64,000 bases of DNA, from NCBI GenBank assembly GCA_964658305.1, contig OZ210885.1, positions 2,666,001-2,730,000 of the forward strand. Direction: 5' to 3'. Positions within the stretch are counted from its first letter, which is position 1; every line of letters starts with the position of its first letter. Below the pieces are notes generated by a model. It did not search any database. It saw nothing but the letters and a program-made list of their open reading frames with translations, and was not told the origin of the DNA. Of this stretch, positions 12,701-26,289 are shown one piece after another. The stretch is from Leptogorgia sarmentosa (lineage: Eukaryota). Position numbers and translations under genes: made by a program.

Positions 12701-15566
12701 TCCCCACAGAGATAACCTCAGAGTGTTGGCGGTTAGTTACGGGGCGGAGCGCATTTTTTTAGCTGCTTTCCGTGTAGGGGTATTAAAAATGGAAATTAAT
12801 CGAGGAAACACGCGATATTAATCTGTTGTGATCACAAAATTCTGAGACAACTCGTCTTTTTTATAACAAAGGAAATAAAAGAGCTGTCAGAAATTTTTGA
12901 GTTGAATCAGAAGCATGTAGTTCTCGGGACTTTGTCAACAGCTATGATTTATCATTTATGTGCTATAGTACATGTAAATTTGACGAGAAAATCTTGAGCG
13001 CGGAATCTTTGAAGCCACACATGAGTTGGTTGGAAAGCGCTAGATAGTATCTTTCAAAATAAGGTTTCCGCGAAGGGACTGGGAACGAATTATCGAAATC
13101 TTCGGAAAATAGTTACGAGCATCGAACGAACATTCAGGGTTCGTATTTCGACATTTTAAAGGATGGTATTTTAGATTCGCGCGATTGTATTGAACTAGAT
13201 TGTGAATTTGTCGAATTGAACGGTGCGAAGTATACATCGCCACAACTGATATTATTTAATGTTAGTTATTACTAGTTAGTAGATATAGTTATTAATTAAT
13301 AGCGTTAACATGATTAACTGTATATTAACATTTGGCCTTCGTTCACGCATGACGCGTCCGTCTTGGCAACCGATTGTTGTTGTTATAATACAAGCTTTCG
13401 TTCATCGTGTTTATCGTCAAAGTTCATTCTTATTTATTGGCGCATAAACACTTTGCTCTGCGACTACTACAGCAATGTATTATGAATTATGATATACAGT
13501 TATTGATAAACATGTAAATAAATCCCTTCGCGGTATACCATGAGGGTGGTTTTTGTCGGTCGCCCGACAGTCCCTTTTACCAAATTTGCCAAAAAATACA
13601 AGTTGAAAATGGATAAATTTCATCACTTTTTCTTCCTTGTATGGTTTCAATTATTATCTTAGAGCATAGTAGGACAACGGGACTTTAGAATCATGGATAT
13701 AAAACTTGCAAAATTGTTTACTGTAGAAATATAATAAAGCAAACCGCGCGAAAATTTTTCGTTTTTTGTGATTTTAGGCTTTCAAGAAAACGTTCCAGAT
13801 TATTTTACCATCTTTTAAAAAGAAAAAAGCATCAGCGCTTTTTAATAACGTACTTTTAAGCTTGCAGAAACGTAATTTATTCGGTAAAAAATAAGAATTA
13901 AGAGTGTAAATACGACCAATCCCTAGCTATGTGTCCTGAGTTTTGAGGCCGCCAAAATTTCCTGTAGGGGCTACCCTGAACCTGACTCTGTTATAACTAA
14001 CCCTCAACCTGACCTAATATTTATGTTCTTCTATATGACTTCCATGGAGATATCACATTATTTGGCCGAGTATCCATAATTAACCGTACCATGCAGTCTC
14101 GGTACGGAATACACAAGTATTTTGCATATCCTGAAACTCTGCTTCTCAACAAACGTTCTCGATGAATCTTCCCACGCAATAGAGCACTCAGCGATTCAAG
14201 TAGTTCAAGTGTAGGCAAGGTAGCTAATTATCAAGGAGTGTCTTGCTCACTTTGATTAGTTAATCAAATTTTCGTTTCATCATGCACAGTAAGAAACGTA
14301 CAGCACACCTCCGAGAGGCGAAAAATCCTATTATGAACTTCCAGTCACACTACGATTAAATTAAAGTATATAACACGTCATCATAATTTAATTCAAGGAC
14401 AGATAACTAATATGAGATATTAACATACACACTGCAAAATCTGGTGTTGGGCTAATTGTAAGATATCTTTTAGCCATTTGCTCGTAATAGTTGAAAAATG
14501 TTTTGCCGGAAAATAAATTCTAGAGAATAACTCTTCTTCATGAGCACCAGCGAAGGAATATCTGGTCAGTGGTACCGGTTATGTCATCGCTATATTCATG
14601 TCATTATTTATGTGGTTTGACTAATGCAGAAGTAAACCTGAAACTAAACCTGGACTGTCTGGCTTACAATATCTGTGTCCTTTGAAAGAGTGTCTCACTT
14701 CGACTCCACAGGATACGCAAGTTTCTTTTACACACACTACAAGGCTGTTTGGATAAACACTCTCAATATTAATTTCAGCCCACACAAACAGTACTTAACA
14801 ACTCAAGTAGTTCAAGTGTCGTGTGGTCAAGTCAAGGACTATCTCACTTAATTCAAATAAACTTCCGTTTTTCCAAGTAGTGACAAAAATTCATGAAGGC
14901 TGTAATGTGTACATCAGTGTTTGAACCTAATATATCATGTTTGCGTATTCAAGTACGGATAAACTGTTCATGAAATGGATCTTTTTCATGGCCACATTAA
15001 ACATGTCATTGAAACTATTTGTCAATATAAGATCCAAATTTGAGTTCACCGTAGTGTTCTTTCCGGCTGTCGTGACATTTGTTATCACCACAACACGGCA
15101 ATTCATATTCCTTCGGTAACCTTTTAGAGCGCGAAAAGTCGTCATTAGCCATGGCTGAATAAATTTATGCTTTGCGACTGCTTGTTTGAATTTCATGGCT
15201 TCAACGGGCAATCAGAGAGCTTAAATTTGTAAAATACAAGCGGGTATAACATGCATCCCGCATGATTTTGACAAAAATTGCCTTAATGACGAATTTCTGA
15301 AGGAAATCCTTGATTCTAAATGCGTTTTAATTTGAAGACAAAGCACACGGTGGATGAATGATGATTGAAAATTACTTCTAATGATACTAAGATTGTTTTT
15401 TTTATTTCATTTATTAGTCATGTACACTACAATAATTTTTTGACATTTTATTATCTTTGGAAGAGTAAAATCAGAAAAACAGACAACCCTGATTCTAATC
15501 CCAAAACGAATATCACATACCAATATTTTAATCATTATGAAAATATTCTGGAAGACTTCATGAGCT

Positions 15567-15809
15567 GGGGCCGGTTCTTCAAAGCCAGGTTAAAGTTAAT
15601 CCTGGGTTAAAATTTAACCCAGTGTTTTGGTTTGTGTATTTCCTTACCTCTGTTTACTTGGAAACATCAAAGAAGAAAAAACTCTTAATGGTCCAGACAA
15701 GACTTCTCAAGAAAGATTTTTAAATTCATAATCAAATTGTTAGAGAATTTCAAGTTAAGCCAGTGTTAAACAGACCGGCTTTCGAATTTAAAGCGGAAAA
15801 ACCGGCCCC
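15567..15809. mobile_element. GGGGCCGGTT-family MITE
   Basis: GGGGCCGGTT...AACCGGCCCC ends with CTG flanks; shares TTAATCCTGGGTTAA with 26045-26289. Related ends near 5804, 40250-40288 and 41835-41875. Confidence 0.7.
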
Positions 15810-16396
15810 TGAATTTAACTCTGCTAAATCGGAGACGTTTCTTTCGACCAGCCTGGTCTATACTGAAAGAGAAAGAGGAAAAGTCCGATTAGTAAGTTTA
15901 ACTGACTTAGTTGCAATTAGTTGTTTCTAAATCTTAAACACATCCGTACACTAATTTGTCTTTAAAATGTTTATAAAAAATAGCGAAAAAAACAAGAATA
16001 AGAGAAAACAGGATGGAGATTATATAAAATTAAGTTTAACAACTTGTCAATAAAAGACTATATAGATTGTTGCAAAAAATTGTGATTTTTATACACGTAT
16101 GGGAAAATACGTCGACATTAAGTTAAAGATGTACTTTAAGAGATTCAATTAAAGCTTGTTCCAGTCAACCTTTTGGTTTGATCATGTTTTTAGGAATCAA
16201 TTCACTTACGTTTATAGTGACAGGTATTACATGTCTTCCTACAAAACGCCTTAACTGCTGGCCGTGTATTGCAGAACTTAGAATGGGCAACACAGAAGGC
16301 TGGCAAGCTGTCTCCACAAGCTAAAACAAACATTAAAAAAAGAGAATGAGCCGAGAACTCACGCATAGGTATGATATAATACGTGCATGGTTCAAT

Positions 16397-17034
16397 CTAC
16401 GGCTTACCCAAATAAGCACCCCTCTGAATAGAGGTGGGGTTTATCCAGCGATGGTAAGCCAGATCAACTGCGCCATCTCCATTCAGTTCCACAAACCTGG
16501 CTCCAAGATCTCTGTACCCGTTAGCAGCGATATGGAACGGTGGTGTCCACTGAGGCACAGATCTCCAACCTCTGCCTGTGTTCACATAAGCGCCCTTCTG
16601 CTGATTATGAGAGTTGATCCACCGATGGTAAACGAAGTCGATTAATCCGTCACCAGTGACGTCAGCAAACCGAGCTCCCAAATCACCATGTCCGTTGGCA
16701 GCAATATGGAAAGGAGGTATGTAGGATGGCGTCCACGTCCAACCATGGCCATTGTTGATGTATGCTCCCTTTTGCTGGACATTACTGTTTAGCCAACGAT
16801 GATAAACCATGTCAATTCTTCCATCTCCATTAAGATCAACGAACCGCGCTCCTAAATCACCGTGACGATTTGCGGCAATATGAAATGGGGGCGTGAATTG
16901 GGGAGCCCAGACCCATTTGTATCCGTTATTCAGATATGCTCCCTTCTGCTGTACATGAGAGTTTACCCAACGATGATACACCATGTCTATTCGGCCGTCG
17001 CCATTCAGATCTACAAATCTAAAGAATATTATTT

Positions 17035-17085
<51 letters not shown>

Positions 17086-17771
17086 TTGTATACTTACCTT
17101 CTCTAAAGTAAAAAAATTAATAAAGGAAAAAAGAATTCACTAACGAAATTGCAGTTACTGATTACAATACCTCGCTCCCAAATCGCCATGGCGATCAGCT
17201 GCAATGTGAAATGGTGGAGTAAAGAGTGGGACCGACTTCCAGCCATTTCCCGTATTAAGATAAGCGCCTTTTTGCTGTCTTTTGGAGTTTATCCAGCGGT
17301 GGAACACAAAATCAACTTTTCCGTCACCATTCAATTCGATAAATCTAGCGCCCAAATCGCCATGCCCATCCGCTGCAATATGAAAAGGTGGTGTAAACTG
17401 GGGAGCCGATTGCCAACCATTCCCGGAATTCAAGAAAGCCCCTTTTTGTTGAGTTTTGCCGTTGATCCATCGATGAAAGACAAAATCGATCTTTCCGTCT
17501 CCATTGAGCTCGACGAATCGTGCACCCAAGTCTCCGTGGTTATCGGCGGCGATGTGGAATGGAGGAGTGTACTGAGGTGCTGAGACGAAGCCCACATTCG
17601 CAACATTCAGGTAGGCGCCCTTCTGGATGTTGTGCTGATTAATCCATCGATGGAAAACTTGGTCCATTCTGCCATCGCCATTTAGGTCAACAAAGCGTGC
17701 CCCCAAATCACCATGGCGATCGGCGGCAATGTAAAAGAGAGGAGTGAACTTTTCAACAAAATTCCAGTATC
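16397..17771 (-). repeat. Seven ~58-aa coding repeats (consensus W..P.FTPPFHIAA..HGDLGARFVDLNGDG.IDxVxHRWIN...QQKGAYLN.G.G)
   Basis: Seven (D/E)(L/V)(N/T)GDG..D loops counted across two exons, joined by a phase-2 intron at 17019-17170. Confidence 0.92.
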
Positions 17772-20700
17772 CTTAAAAAATATCAAAATTCGGGTTTTTC
17801 ACCAAAATTCTCACGAGGATAAATCCGCAGCTACCACGAAACTTCCGCATTGTACCTTTTAATTCTTCATTTGAAATAGACTCGATTCATTGGTTCTAAA
17901 ATAGTATGTTGTAATCCACCCTCTTACCTTCCTCAGGACGGGGAGTGGTCATGTACACGCAAGAATTATTAGGCTGCATGTAGTTGTAACATATAAAAGC
18001 AACGAAAACGTTTGACGTGCCAAAGCAATGATTACTCTCAAACTCTTCTAGTAGTTCTTTTAGTGATATTAACGCCAACAATTTATTTATTCAAAGATGT
18101 GACATACCTGGTGGTGCACCAACGTCTGTTGATCCTCCACCATCACTTTTCCATTCTTTCAGATCGATGCCGGGTATTCTACCACAGGATACTCGGTTGT
18201 ACTCAGAGCCAGCAAGGAAAGAATCCCTTTGGACCGATACGATATTCTCTAAATTATCACAGAGGATTCTTGAAAACGATGTCCTTCTAATCTCAATTAA
18301 CTGGTTTTCAGAAAAAACACCTTTCTTCTCGTAGAAAAACCTGTCGCCATCTCTTACGCGTCTCATTTGTTCGCGAATAATACATCCAAATGTTGCACCA
18401 ACGATCCCGCCATTAGCTGGTGCTTCTGCCAGACCTGCCACCCATAAATCAGCCAGGTTTGGATCATCATTATATAACTGTGAGAGCAATTTCCTGTTTT
18501 TTAAATCAACGATTTCTTTCGATGTATCAGTGAAGGATGTTGCATTCTTCAAACCGCATCGCACCCTAAACGCGTTATAATCAGGTAAGCCGTGATCTCT
18601 GCCTCGCTGAATGTTCAGTGCCGCAAGGTTTAAACCAGGAGATCTTGGACGTTCAAATAAGTTATTTAATAATCCATCTGCTAGCTGACGGTCGACCGTT
18701 TGAGACTGGTTTCCAAGTAAGCCCAATAGTAATGGTTCTATGCCAAACGTGTTGATGAAAGTGTTGTTGAAAAATAATTGGCGTAAAGGTAAAGGATCTC
18801 CTGTTGGGTTGAAACCTTCATCCAATCGATCAAATGTTGGTCGGATCAAGCTGTGTCCAAATCTAAATGCAGCTGTAGAAAAGGAATTAAGAATGCCGGG
18901 GTTGACTTTATCATCATAATTCTTATAGTCTGGAAGAGTGTTGCCAATGATGACTGGTAGAAAATCTTCATATGTGATTTTCTGTAAAACAGCTCCAACG
19001 ATTTTTCTTGTTTCCTGGTAGACCTTCTCACTGTCCCATTGCGGGTTAAGTTGCTGTAGTTTCCGTGCGATTCTATTGTGTTCTCGGAGAAACAAGGTGT
19101 GCATAGATGTAAGAACCATCTGTTCATTGGTTCGGACATCACCAGCTAGGAAGCAATCAGGTTCGCACAAATTGTTGGGAGTCATGCGTGTCATGTTATC
19201 TTCAGGAAGAAAATCTCCGCCGATCCCTGTTAACGTTGTCGTCTTGAGCAATGCTTTGTCTAGATATTATGATAAAAATAACGCATGTGGTTATTGTTGG
19301 ATGTTTTTGTAATAGGAATAGAAATCGTTGTCATTGGGCACAATCAGAGAGCAGCGAGAAATTTTCTATGAAATTGCTATTTTATTCGCCGTCGCCTATT
19401 TTCCTGCGTGTGAGCAACAAGATAAACTTGAGGTGATGTTATAGGAGGAGTACAGGTGGATATGTTTATGTCAATTAACAAGCAGGGAACATTCTACGAA
19501 TACAAACATGTTGAAGCTGGTTTCGGACAAGGCACTAATTTCCAGCCCTCGAAATGTCAAATCTTCTTGTAATGATGACTAAATCCTTGGTTCGTTATTT
19601 TTTACAAAACATTGTAATTCTAACAATAATTTGTTTTATATTTATAGTTTGCCTACTCACTTTTCGAATCTGTTAAGTTTCTTGCCAACTCCTCGCTAGA
19701 TCCATAAATTTGTGATCCATCAATAAACGCCGTGTTGACGTTTATTTGTTGTTTGGTGGTTATACGGTTTTTTCTATCAATGATGCATTCACTTGGAGAT
19801 CTTGCAAAATGAATGGAGTTGAATTTTGCAAATGGTAGGATTGTGTAACAGGGTGCACGAAAATCTTCTTTTGATCCATCACCACTTTAGAAACAGAAAA
19901 TAATTAGGTAAGACGTTTTTCCATTTAATACAAGAAGAATGAAGAAGTCATGGTCATTGCATGAAGAAGTATACCTTGTCAATGTGATTGCACTACCAAC
20001 CCCCCACCACCTCATGCTTTCCGGCATGAAAATATTTCGCCAAAAATATTTGCGTAATTCTTTTGATGTTTATCTTTCAAAGAAAAATTTGTTTTCAAAT
20101 TCTAAAGTGTCGATTCCAGTTTTTAAAAATTATTAAATTCAAAATTTAACGTTAGTGTAACTCGCAATCCCCACCGATCCAGTTGAACCGCTAAAAAGCA
20201 TGCGGTTGGTGTCGTTGGTGGTCCCCCCAAGGTTTTGACGATGGTCCCAACAAACAGGTGCTGTAAAAGTTTTTTAAAAATTAGGGCAAAATTTGTTTAT
20301 GTATATATAGCCTTCTTATATGACCCAACCCTATCCTAGCCCATGATCACCCAAAATTTGCTAAAAAATAGAAAAACATGACGCTGAATAATAGAAGATA
20401 AAAGGCTTTCAAGAGGAACACCAACTAAACTACCTTGTCTTCATGCATCTGTCAGAATTTTCGCTTTCAGGAGAGAGACCAAAATCGTGGTCCAAAAATT
20501 GTCCAAATTGCATGACCAGATGAGAAAACCTCCAAATGGGCATCTGAGGTTTCTTCTGTTGTGCGATAAACTCTTTAACCACTTCAAATGTTGCTGGAAT
20601 ATCTGGGACATTATTTTGACCTGGAAATCCAATGGGATCTTTGAATCCGTCGGGATCAAAATATCTTGCAGGTAACCAACGATTGAGTCCTGTAGTCGCC

Positions 20701-22673
20701 GACCCCAACAAAGGATTCTTGAGGTTATTACACGTTCCATCGATTGTTCTATATTGGGCATTCGTGGGACATCTTGGAGTAGGTTTACTATTACATTTCG
20801 CAGCATTGGACAATTGTTGTAAAGCTTGTCTTGAAAATAATGTATTTAGTTTCCACCGAAACACAATTTGCTGTTCTAAAGAAACCAAAACATTAAAGAT
20901 TAAAAATGACATCAAACATTCCCAAAGAGATCCTTTCGTCAAAGTACAATACACGAATTAATTATTGCTGATTTGCTGATTTTTTGTATAATAAGTACCT
21001 ATTACATATAATAAGTAATAAAGGCTTGGTACAATCAGCAAACGATGTAGTGCTTTGCAGTTGTAGTCGTAGTGTACAAACTGCCTGGCAATATTTTAGA
21101 CTTTAGCAATAAACTTAAGTCATGTCGTTGAATGTAGTTTAAAAACAGTGACTGTGTATCATCCATTTAATTTGAGGCATTTAGAGAGGCAATGTCACCG
21201 ATTGTCCGCAGGTTACACAACCAGGTTTTAATCTCGAATAACGACTTTTATTATTCACTTTAAAGTATTCTCAATTTGGTTGGTTAATTTAACTGCAATT
21301 ATCTGTGTACAAAGCTGAACTGCGTTCAGAAGACGATTTGTCGTCCCTTCTTGAAGAAAAAATGCAGGTAATTTAACCAATCAAAATTAAGAATAATGAT
21401 AAGTGAATCATTATACAACAATTGTTGATTTGATTTTGGTTTTCCAATGCGAATTCATAAAAATACTGTCACCGTAGTAACATATCCTAATCATCGTAAC
21501 TATATTCTAATCATTTTGTACATTTTGCGTTATGATTACTTGAAATACTGTACCACTTAGCGTTAGATGGCTTATAGAATAACTACCTGAATTTTTTGTA
21601 GTAAATTTTTCGGCAATTTCATTTATTGCTTCTTGCAATGCAGTGTCAACCTTTGCAGACGCCATCATTTTGTCAAATGCTTCAGGATTTTTCTCCTTCA
21701 CTACCATCCTCATCATCCTGTGCGCAGAAGTTGCCATGTCGCTTTGGGTGTCAAACTTTTTGTTTTCTTTTACCATACTTCCCAATTTACGAATGTACGA
21801 CTTCAAAATAGAGTCACCAAAGTTTTTACGGAAAACAAATAGATTAACTGTTACATTGTATTTAAATTTCGAATAATAACCACATGTAGTTGTAACTTGT
21901 ACATTTGAACTTAATTTCTTTAAATTGTGCTCGTGACTTCCAAAGTGGAATCTTGTATTGAGCCTCACGATTCCCGTGTCATTGTCAACATTTATACCAT
22001 TCCAGAACTGAACCCTGCCAGTCTGCAGAAATTTCGTTGTACAACAGGTTAATGACGTGTCAATCTTACCAAGCGTGCCAGGCAACACATCTTCTGTCGC
22101 CATGAACGTATAAATAGTTGTCCTTCCTACAGTGATTGGCATAAATAACAAAGATGCAACTATTTGTTTACCAGCTAAACCTCAAGCGAAACCTCGTGAA
22201 TCTATTGTAAACTAGATTCAATGATAATTATTATGCTGTTGGGTTGGCATATACATCAGCGATCTTACAAAAAAAAGTTGTGTTTGTTAGCTGTTTCATA
22301 CCAGTCCATTTTTGTTGTTTTTGATTTACGTTACCGTTCACATGAACAATTTGTTGTTATAAAGCTGCTTACTATTTCCTAGATATTCATAATTATACTA
22401 ATCGTTTCTCATATTATTTTGGATTTCGGTTCGACAAGCTGAAATTTAGTAACCACTGAAACTTGGTGATATCTCCGTGACATAATAATTAGAATTATAA
22501 AACATCCACATATTATTGTAAAAAATATGCTCGTATGAATTCTGAGTTCTGTCAATTCATTTACGAAACTGTATGGGGGGGGGTTAAATAAAATCAGCAT
22601 TTTAAAACTTACCTCCATTACTGGGCAAAAATCCAAGACAAAATAACAGAAGTGTTAGCGATGTGAACTTCAT
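16397..22673 (-). CDS. Secreted animal heme peroxidase B with cadherin-like N-terminus and C-terminal seven-repeat FG-GAP/VCBS-like beta-propeller
   Basis: Exons 22613-22673 ([20 protein letters not shown]), 21587-22126, 20434-20875, 19661-19884, 18108-19259, 17171-17771, 16397-17018; all phases compatible. Same catalytic motifs as A (QFLDHDF, GDVRTNEQ, FRFGHS, QRGRDHG). Donor CCAG|GTATGT at 18108 joins acceptor TTTTAAG|GA at 17771 in frame. Confidence 0.88.
17035..17080. repeat. (AT)n microsatellite in last intron of peroxidase B
   Basis: Direct reading. Confidence 0.95.
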
Positions 22674-22825
22674 AGTCACAGTGATCCTTCGCGCTTTTCT
22701 TCCAAAACGATTTGAACTTTTTAGGGTTACTTGCCTTTTTTATACTGTCTCTTTCTTTCTTTGTTTCCTTGGCAGTTTGGTAAAAAACATAAGGTGTTTT
22801 TCCTGTATGTTTTCCGGCATTTAGG
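22674..22825 (-). promoter_or_regulatory. TATA promoter/5'UTR of peroxidase B (shared promoter family)
   Basis: TATAAAAA starting at 22744, 71 nt upstream of ATG; CGAAGGATC; upstream TGCCGGAAAACATACAGGAAAAA box. Confidence 0.7.
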
Positions 22826-23761
22826 TAAAGGGGAACTTACTTCAAGTTGAGATTCATAGTGATTAAGGCGGCCACTTAAGCGGGCGATGTCGATACTTGA
22901 CTTGCCAGCCAACAAAAAATCCTTGTCTGGGTTTCATTCCGCAAACTGCCTACGCGTGATTCAGCAAAGAGATAATCTGAGCTATGATTTACAGGCGTAT
23001 ATGATTATTAATGTTTAATTCGCACAGTTGTTGAAGCTTTATAGCCAATCAGCATCCAGGAAATTTACTACAATGATATTAGAAGTTAAACTTTCTTTTT
23101 ATTTATTGCTAGGCCATAATTGCAATTTTATAGCTTTTTCAACAGCCATTTTTTACAACTTTTAAAAGATCACTATATATCCAGTGGATGAAGTTAATTA
23201 CACGGTACCCCGTACCCGCTACGCTGGTTGGCTTCATCCTGGGTTAACTTAACATTTGAAGAAAATTAATTTCCAACAGTTTGTTTATGAATTGAGAAAT
23301 TTCTTCAAAAATCTTGACCCGATCAATGAGATTTTTCTCCTCCAGATATTAGAAGAAAACAAGTGTGCATGTACAAACACCGAAACACGTAAACAAATTA
23401 AACCTCTGACCGGATATTTCTGACGTAGGATTAGCCTTAACATGCGATTATTTCTGACATAGGATTAGGCTAACATAATAGCTTTGAAAAACTTGCGCTA
23501 AAAGAGTTTGTTTTTTTAAAATTTTGAATTATAGTTCATGAGGATATATATACCGTCAAAATTGGATTCTTACAGGCGTAACTTACGTACGTACGTCCTC
23601 CCCCGCTATAGGGTTTGACCATAAAATGTGGGCGCATTCTAGTCGCGTGTATGTATTGTACTTGACAACGCCCCCTCTGGAAACGTGAAACTAGGCTAAG
23701 GCAGTACTTGAAGTGACGATTTATTGAAATGATATTGGAGGCAGCTCAATGTTAAAATTAA

Positions 23762-24414
23762 GGCCTACTCCAGGGTGTAAGATCCGCCTCATGGTGTATG
23801 ATCGCCTCATGATGTATGATCACCTCATATGTGTATGATTTCCACTTGATACTAAGACACATTAACCCACCAGAATAATTTCCACATTAAGTGAAGTGCC
23901 ACAAAATCACATTTGATCTACCCTCGCTTACGCTTGCTCTTGTCAGCTACCTCCGTATCTTAGTGGTCAGAGCAGTGCACCGGCATCGTACAGGCGTAGG
24001 TTCAACTGTTCCCGGTTGGAATTTCGATATGTGTATAATTATGATTCCCACTTGATACTAAGACGCATTAACCCACCAGAATAAGATCGCTTAAGATCGC
24101 CTGAGAACGCCTAAAATTGCTCAAGATTGTCTATGATCGAAATACTGTATATTACATACAAAGAATAAGCATTCTGGACTTAATAGGGGGTCTGAATTGA
24201 GAGAAGACATCAACTTTTTTTCATAATCCCAAATAAACCTTACATAATATCACCAAATATTGCCTAAGATCGCCCAAGATTTCCTAAGATCGCCTAAGAT
24301 CGCCCAAGATCGAATAAGAACGCTCAAGATTGCCTTGAATTTTGCATTTTCCCCCTATAATATCGCCTAATGTCGCAATTAATCGCGGCGATCTTGGACC
24401 CTATAGAGTAGGCC
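23762..24414. mobile_element. PIF/Harbinger-like MITE with internal (TAAGATCGCC)n minisatellite and nested tRNA-like SINE fragment
   Basis: TIR GGCCTACTC/GAGTAGGCC with TAA target duplication on both sides; decamer repeats at ~24083-24140 and 24265-24335; A/B-box-like TAGTGG...GGTTCAACT at ~23945-24010. Confidence 0.75.
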
Positions 24415-26044
24415 TAAATTAAACATCGTTTCAAAGCAAAATCTCTTTGTGTATAATTTTATATTGTTATGTTAATTTTTTTGTTTAAATAACACTTTAT
24501 GTTGCGTGTTTCCTACATGATAGTGGTTATATAACTAACATATTGTTTGGTATGGCAAAAGTACAATTATTACTTCCTTCAACACGAGAAGTAATTAAAG
24601 ACGCAAATATTCTGGAAGATCTCGTTTGTTCTCATCTAGTTCCACATCATAACATTTCAAAATTAATCACTTGCAATTGAGTGAATAGTTATATTTCTAA
24701 TAGGCAATATTTTGTTATTATGATTTTTTGCGCTTCACTGAGCTGAACATGTAGCTAATCTAGATTGTTCAGCTTCGTCTAACTATAGAATAATCCATCC
24801 AATAAAGTATAAGACCTTTAACATCTCAGTGTGAAGGCAGGTACTGCGAGATATTTAAAAATCAATAGCTCATTTCATTTGCATTTTTTTGGACAATTAT
24901 TAGATAAGGTCTTGGTAATATGCTGAATTATCTCATAAGAAAATCACTCTAATGCGTGATGGTTTGCAACTGACCAAACAAAACTCATAGATCAATAACA
25001 AATGAATGTATAATTGTAATGAAATCAGGATTTTTCTCATTATAAACAACTAAAACAACACAAAACTTTCTCACGTCATTTTCCAAACTAAAATGCTATC
25101 AGTTCAAGGATTTAGCGTGCATATTATCTTTTATTCTTCTTACTATTTTTTGAAAAAAAGCAATGGTTTCAATATCATTTATTAAAATGCCTCATTTCCA
25201 GGCGCTTCAAATCCTGAACTCTCGATTTTCTATACAGCTGTGCATTTCATTTAAGCTGAAAACACTGCATGAGGACTGTGAATATTCTCAACTCCTATTC
25301 ATTTTTAAATGTTAAGCTATAATATCTTACTGTTTTAAAAATCATAAAGGTTTTTGTCGTAAATTTTTCATGCAAATGTAATAAATATCTTTTGAAAGCG
25401 GAATTATACGACTGGCGCCACCTCCCACAAACGAATGTTCTCGCCTCCTATTCATCAACTATCACCTCATAGAAATCTCAAGTTCGTAATCTGATTGTCA
25501 AATATTCAAAATCTGAAAAGAATCGACCCTGATCAGAATTAGTAGCATCATTGTATTACTATAGTTTTCGTTTTATAAGACAAAATTCTAACCATAGAAC
25601 TGTCAGGAGATTATCATTCTTTCCAAAATTGCAGTATATGAAAATTGAGATAATTAGTTGATATGCGGAAACACTGAGTTACAATAATACAATAGAAAAA
25701 CCTTCATGGCTTTTATTCAATTTAGTGCCATACTTTTGAAGTATCCTGTATTTCCTGTATTTAAAGTTCCTTTCTAGTGGCTTATTCAATTGGAACGAGG
25801 AACTGCGTCATTATTCTCTAAAGCAACTTTCAAGAGGTGCGATTTATGTACAGCTTCGGTTGATTCAACCCAGTACTCAGTAGGAATGGTTGTTTTAACA
25901 AAATGTGTTTTTACCTAGATTTTAATGGTTAAAAAATTACATAGCTCATGCTAAATAGTTACTTCAATTAACCTATAATTTGAAGTTTACTTTGACCAAT
26001 AGTATCAAGGTTATCGTAACCGATAAATAACTGTTGACATGCAG

Positions 26045-26289
26045 GGGCCGGTTGTTCAAATGCCGGTTAGTTTAATCCTGGGTTAACTTAAAATCCAAAG
26101 CAAATTCACCAACAATTTGTTTAGAAATTTAGAAATGTTTCTTCAGAAATCTCGAGTAGTAGACGAGTTTCTTCTTTAAAGTTTCCAAGTAAAGAGATAT
26201 GCAGAAATAAAGTCACAAACTAAAACACTGGGTTAAATTTTAACCATGCAGGATTAGCCTTAACCTACGTAGCTTTGAACAACCGGCCC
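26045..26289. mobile_element. GGGCCGGTTGTTCAAA MITE inserted after the astacin duplication
   Basis: TIR GGGCCGGTTGTTCAAA / TTTGAACAACCGGCCC; empty site CATGCAGGGCAACTG in the paralogous copy near 51641. Confidence 0.85.

Noticed and set aside
12240..15215. Possible decayed transposon coding sequence; 17-bp direct repeat TCAAGTAGTTCAAGTGT at ~14196 and ~14803
   Set aside because: No recognisable protein motif, TIR or LTR boundaries.
16346..17583. Plus-strand ORFs over the propeller repeats
   Set aside because: Antisense shadows of the repetitive coding sequence.
24083..24335. CRISPR-like or regulatory array
   Set aside because: Head-to-tail decamers without unique spacers, inside a MITE, in eukaryotic DNA.
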